Source: Prasinococcaceae sp. CCMP 1430 (lineage: Eukaryota; Plantae; Prasinodermophyta). From it: a stretch of 18,717 bases of DNA. The notes under the pieces are model-generated. The model was not told the DNA's origin, searched no databases, and worked only from the letters and a program-made list of their open reading frames with translations. Both the position numbers and the translations under genes were made by a program. Positions 16,122 through 18,717 of the stretch are shown here, in pieces. Numbering within the stretch: the first letter of the stretch is position 1; the number at the start of each line of letters is the position of its first letter. The DNA is taken from contig RQSC01000499.1 in assembly GCA_013416795.1 (NCBI GenBank), positions 1 through 18,717 on the forward strand. Direction: 5' to 3'.

Positions 16122-17648
16122 TCACGCGGCCTTGGCGGCGGTGGCGCGTTGCGGGTTGCCCATCTTGTGGAGGTGCCTGAGGTGGCTCATGATGGCGTCG
16201 CCGGCCCCCGGCAGGCAGCGGTACGGCACGCCGTGGTCCGCGCAGCACTTCGCGATGATGGGCTGGATGCTCGGGTAGTGGAACTGCGAGACGCCCGGCA
16301 GCAGGTGGTGCACGACCTGGTAGTTGAGCCCGCCGGTCATCAGGTAGGTCAGCAGCGAGCCGTGACCGTAGTCCTGCGTGGTGGCCACCTGCTCCTCCGC
16401 CCACTTCCCCCCGACGTGCTTCCCCGTGGCGACGCCGTCGGCGACGTGCGAGCACTGGAAGCAGCTCGCCAGGTACATGCCGCCAAGCCAGTCCGCGGCC
16501 ACGAATTGCAGCGCCACGCGCGCCGGGCTGAAGCCCAGCGCGAGCGGCACGCCGAGCTGCATGGCGAGGAAGGCCGCCTTGCCGCCCCAGAAGGCGAGCC
16601 GGTCGACGGCGCGGGGCGGCCGAAGCCGGCAGGCGCCCTTGAAGCCCGACAGGAAGCAGGCGACGTCCCTGGCGCGCGTCACGAGGCCCATGGCGCCGTA
16701 CAGCGGCACCGCGTACAGCGCCTGGAAGCGGTGAAACCACCGCAGCTGCTGGCCCTCGTGGAAGCGCAGCATCGGCTCGCTGTCCATGTCGTCGTCCACG
16801 CCCGGCACGTTGCAGTACAGGTGGTGCACGAGCAGGTGCTGGTGCTGCCACATGTAGAAGGACGTGCCGTTGATGACGTCGTTGCCCACCACGCCCACCA
16901 CGTGCCACCAGCGCGGATCCTTGCCCAGCGAGCCGTGCGAGGCGTCGTGCAGGACGTGCACGCCGCTCAGCGCGCGCGACACGCCCGCCAGCGCGGCGAA
17001 CGCCACCGCCGCGGCCGCGCTGGGCGCCGACAGGCTGGCGTACATGAAGCCGACGATGAGCGCCACGATGGCCGCCAGCCGCAGGGCCTGCGTGGGACCG
17101 TCGTGCCACTGCTGGCAGTACCGCGACTCGGTCGCGATGTACGAGTGCACGCGCCGCTTCAGGTCGACGTAGAACGGCGTCGCGATGTCGTCGCGGACGT
17201 ACTGGGGGAGCCCCTGGAGGAGGGGGTCGCTTCTGCTGTCGGGAGCGCTTGGGTCCCCTGCCTGGTGGAGAGGGGGAGCTTGAAACGTGCCCACCTCGTA
17301 CTTGGCCAGCAGGGGCTCGACCTTGGCCGTGTTCGGGTGGTAGCTCTCGAAGAGCGCGGTCGCGTCGCGGCCCGCCGCCAGCAGCAGCATGATGCGCCCG
17401 CCCGGGTGCCGCGAGAGAAAGGAGGTCAGGTCGTACACCTTGCCGCGCACGGCGACCTTGAGGGAGCTCGCGGTGTTGTGGCGCTCGAGCTCGGCGAGGG
17501 TGTACACCTGGCTTCTTTGCGCGTGTGGCTGGTCCGGGCCGGGCGGTGACGCGTGTGGTCGCTGCGGCGGTGGGGGGCGAGCGAGCGCGGAGGGAGGCGA
17601 CGCGGCGCAGTTGGGGGGCGGCGAAACGCCCCTGCGGCTACGCAGCAT
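16122..17648 (-). CDS. Front-end fatty acid desaturase with N-terminal cytochrome b5 domain, Delta-5-like (~508 aa; alternative start 17672), intronless
   Basis: Cyt b5 domain YTLAELERHN...KVYDLTSFLSRHPGGRIMLLLAAGRDATALFESYH. His boxes: HDASH, HQHLLVHH and QVVHH (third box begins with Q, diagnostic of front-end desaturases). FWGGKA, QVATTQDY, TGGLNYQ.VHHL.P.VSQ.HYP and HLRHL resemble the Mortierella-type Delta-5 desaturases as I recall them. Confidence 0.93.
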   Translation of the reverse strand: MLRSRRGVSPPPNCAASPPSALARPPPPQRPHASPPGPDQPHAQRSQVYTLAELERHNTASSLKVAVRGKVYDLTSFLSRHPGGRIMLLLAAGRDATALFESYHPNTAKVEPLLAKYEVGTFQAPPLHQAGDPSAPDSRSDPLLQGLPQYVRDDIATPFYVDLKRRVHSYIATESRYCQQWHDGPTQALRLAAIVALIVGFMYASLSAPSAAAAVAFAALAGVSRALSGVHVLHDASHGSLGKDPRWWHVVGVVGNDVINGTSFYMWQHQHLLVHHLYCNVPGVDDDMDSEPMLRFHEGQQLRWFHRFQALYAVPLYGAMGLVTRARDVACFLSGFKGACRLRPPRAVDRLAFWGGKAAFLAMQLGVPLALGFSPARVALQFVAADWLGGMYLASCFQCSHVADGVATGKHVGGKWAEEQVATTQDYGHGSLLTYLMTGGLNYQVVHHLLPGVSQFHYPSIQPIIAKCCADHGVPYRCLPGAGDAIMSHLRHLHKMGNPQRATAAKAA

Positions 17649-17981
17649 GCTCCCTCCCCCCGGGACGCACATGCTTCGTTTTCTTTTGTGCGTGCGTTGG
17701 GTGGTGCGCCGACCTGAGACGGCGGGCTGCGCGCCGTGGTCGGCGCGCGTGCACGCGCGCGCCGGCGGGAGGGGGGGGGGGGCGCTGCGTCGCGTCTGGC
17801 GCGCTCCACGGCCATCCAAAATCGTGACGTGAGGGCGCGCACGCGCGGTGCGCACCACCAACTGACGCGGACGGGGGGTGCGTCGTGGGAACGAGAAGAT
17901 CTTTTCGGTGAGCATTCAAGATATCCGGAAAATCGGGGCCCGCGGCAGGATTTCAAGTCAAAACGAACTGAGCAAAAAAGA

Positions 17982-18455
17982 ATGCCTCGTGCGTGCGCGT
18001 CTGGCTGCGACAGAGCCCGACACTTTACCCGCGCCGCGCGCCGCCGCCGCCGCGGACTCGTCGCAACGGCGCGGCCGAAGCGCCGCGGATCCGCAGCGCA
18101 CCCGAGGTCAAACGGGTCGCGGCCGCGCGCGCGCGCGAGACGAGGACATCTGTCGTATACTCACCTCGTGTATGTCCCCGATGAGCATCGTGATCTGATC
18201 AAGCAGGCGCTCAAAACGCGAGGGGCGCCTCCGCCGACACCGAAGCTCCCGAGGATCAACTCGCCGACTGCGCAGATGTACGAGATCTACTACGCCGCCT
18301 CGCTGCGTCGTAGAGCGTTGAGGCTCGCCCTACGCTCGATGAACACGTCGGAAGGCGACTTCATGGTAGAGAACTGCCTCGCGACGGCCGAGCAGGAGCG
18401 TCATCGAGAGCGTATGATGCGATACGAAGCAAGAGCAGAGCTGGCGGCCGTGTAA
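17982..18455 (+). CDS. Hypothetical protein (up to 157 aa; the ~100-aa C-terminal part from ~18140 looks most protein-like)
   Basis: ATG at 17982 follows an A-rich leader and is in frame with ORF 17736..18455. The C-terminal part (HLSYTHLVYVPDEHRDLIKQALK...MYEIYYAASLRRRALRLALRSM...) has ordinary amino-acid complexity and more A/T-ending codons than neighbouring genes. No family recognised. Confidence 0.35.
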   Translation: MPRACASGCDRARHFTRAARRRRRGLVATARPKRRGSAAHPRSNGSRPRARARRGHLSYTHLVYVPDEHRDLIKQALKTRGAPPPTPKLPRINSPTAQMYEIYYAASLRRRALRLALRSMNTSEGDFMVENCLATAEQERHRERMMRYEARAELAAV

Positions 18456-18691
18456 TGGTACGTCCAGTGTGCATACCAACATGCCTCCGCATGCCCGTCA
18501 ATGACAAACCGCCGCCTTGCGTCGAGTGTCCGGCGAACAGCCACCGAGCATTCCGACGCTGCCTCCAAGCTCCAACAGCGCCATCCATCATCCTCTCGCC
18601 CCTCATGATCCCCTCGGTCTGCCTCAGCGCTCTCCCACCTGCCCCCTACGCCTCCCTCACCCCACATGGCTGCCTCGCGAGTCGACCCTGA
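18455..18691 (+). CDS. Small Cys-rich ORF (78 aa) with zinc-knuckle-like CX2CX4HX5C, starting in a TAATG overlap
   Basis: ATG 18455-18457 overlaps TAA 18453-18455 of the preceding ORF. It contains CVECPANSHRAFRRC. It is short, so it may be a chance ORF. Confidence 0.25.
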   Translation: MVRPVCIPTCLRMPVNDKPPPCVECPANSHRAFRRCLQAPTAPSIILSPLMIPSVCLSALPPAPYASLTPHGCLASRP

Positions 18692-18717
18692 AAAACCCTA
18701 ACCCTGAAAAATCGAAA
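18686..18717. repeat. Telomere-like / telo-box repeats CCCTGAAAAA-CCCTAA-CCCTGAAAAA
   Basis: Read directly. It includes AAACCCTAA (telo-box core) at 18693-18701. The window ends 6 nt after the second CCCTGAAAAA. Confidence 0.5.

Noticed and set aside
170-18198. Dozens of long Arg/Ala/Pro-rich ORFs in the track (e.g. 170..982-, 4712..5989+, 10298..11491+, 12882..14240+, 13720..15114+, 16038..17549+)
   Set aside because: They lie antisense or out of frame to well-supported genes, have low-complexity composition and no motifs. Such ORFs are expected from stop-codon scarcity at this GC content.
1-18717. CRISPR arrays, tRNA, rRNA, intact transposase or reverse transcriptase genes
   Set aside because: No regularly spaced direct repeats, cloverleaf or rRNA signatures, or DDE/RT motifs were recognised by eye. 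tRNAscan-SE, Infernal and RepeatMasker were not run.

Overview
Very GC-rich (sampled 60-nt lines run up to about 80% GC), gene-dense eukaryotic DNA with short GT-AG introns. It is probably from a unicellular alga or protist; a haptophyte-like origin is inference only. About nine genes are supported: (1) an uncharacterised coiled-coil protein with possible C-terminal membrane anchors; (2) PP2A regulatory subunit B''-gamma (PPP2R3C/TON2/FASS); (3) an ankyrin-repeat plus coiled-coil protein; (4) a three-exon kinesin with an F-box-like N-terminus; (5) an NSF/Sec18-type AAA+ ATPase whose N-domain is replaced by a signal-like segment and three Cys-containing IPT/TIG-like repeats; (6) a doubly truncated eIF2B-epsilon fragment next to the only N in the window; (7) TFIIIC subunit 6; (8) an Lnt/nitrilase-family membrane protein that apparently lacks its catalytic Cys; (9) a cytochrome-b5-fused front-end (Delta-5-like) fatty acid desaturase. 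The right end (~18150-18717) is lower in GC and carries two short ORFs coupled by TAATG, followed by telomere-like repeats. I recognised no tRNA, rRNA or CRISPR array. Most ORFs in the supplied track are antisense or alternative-frame shadows caused by the high GC. The most notable observations are the IPT/TIG-NSF fusion, the F-box-kinesin fusion and the putative Lnt-like pseudoenzyme. All family assignments come from recalled motifs, not database searches.
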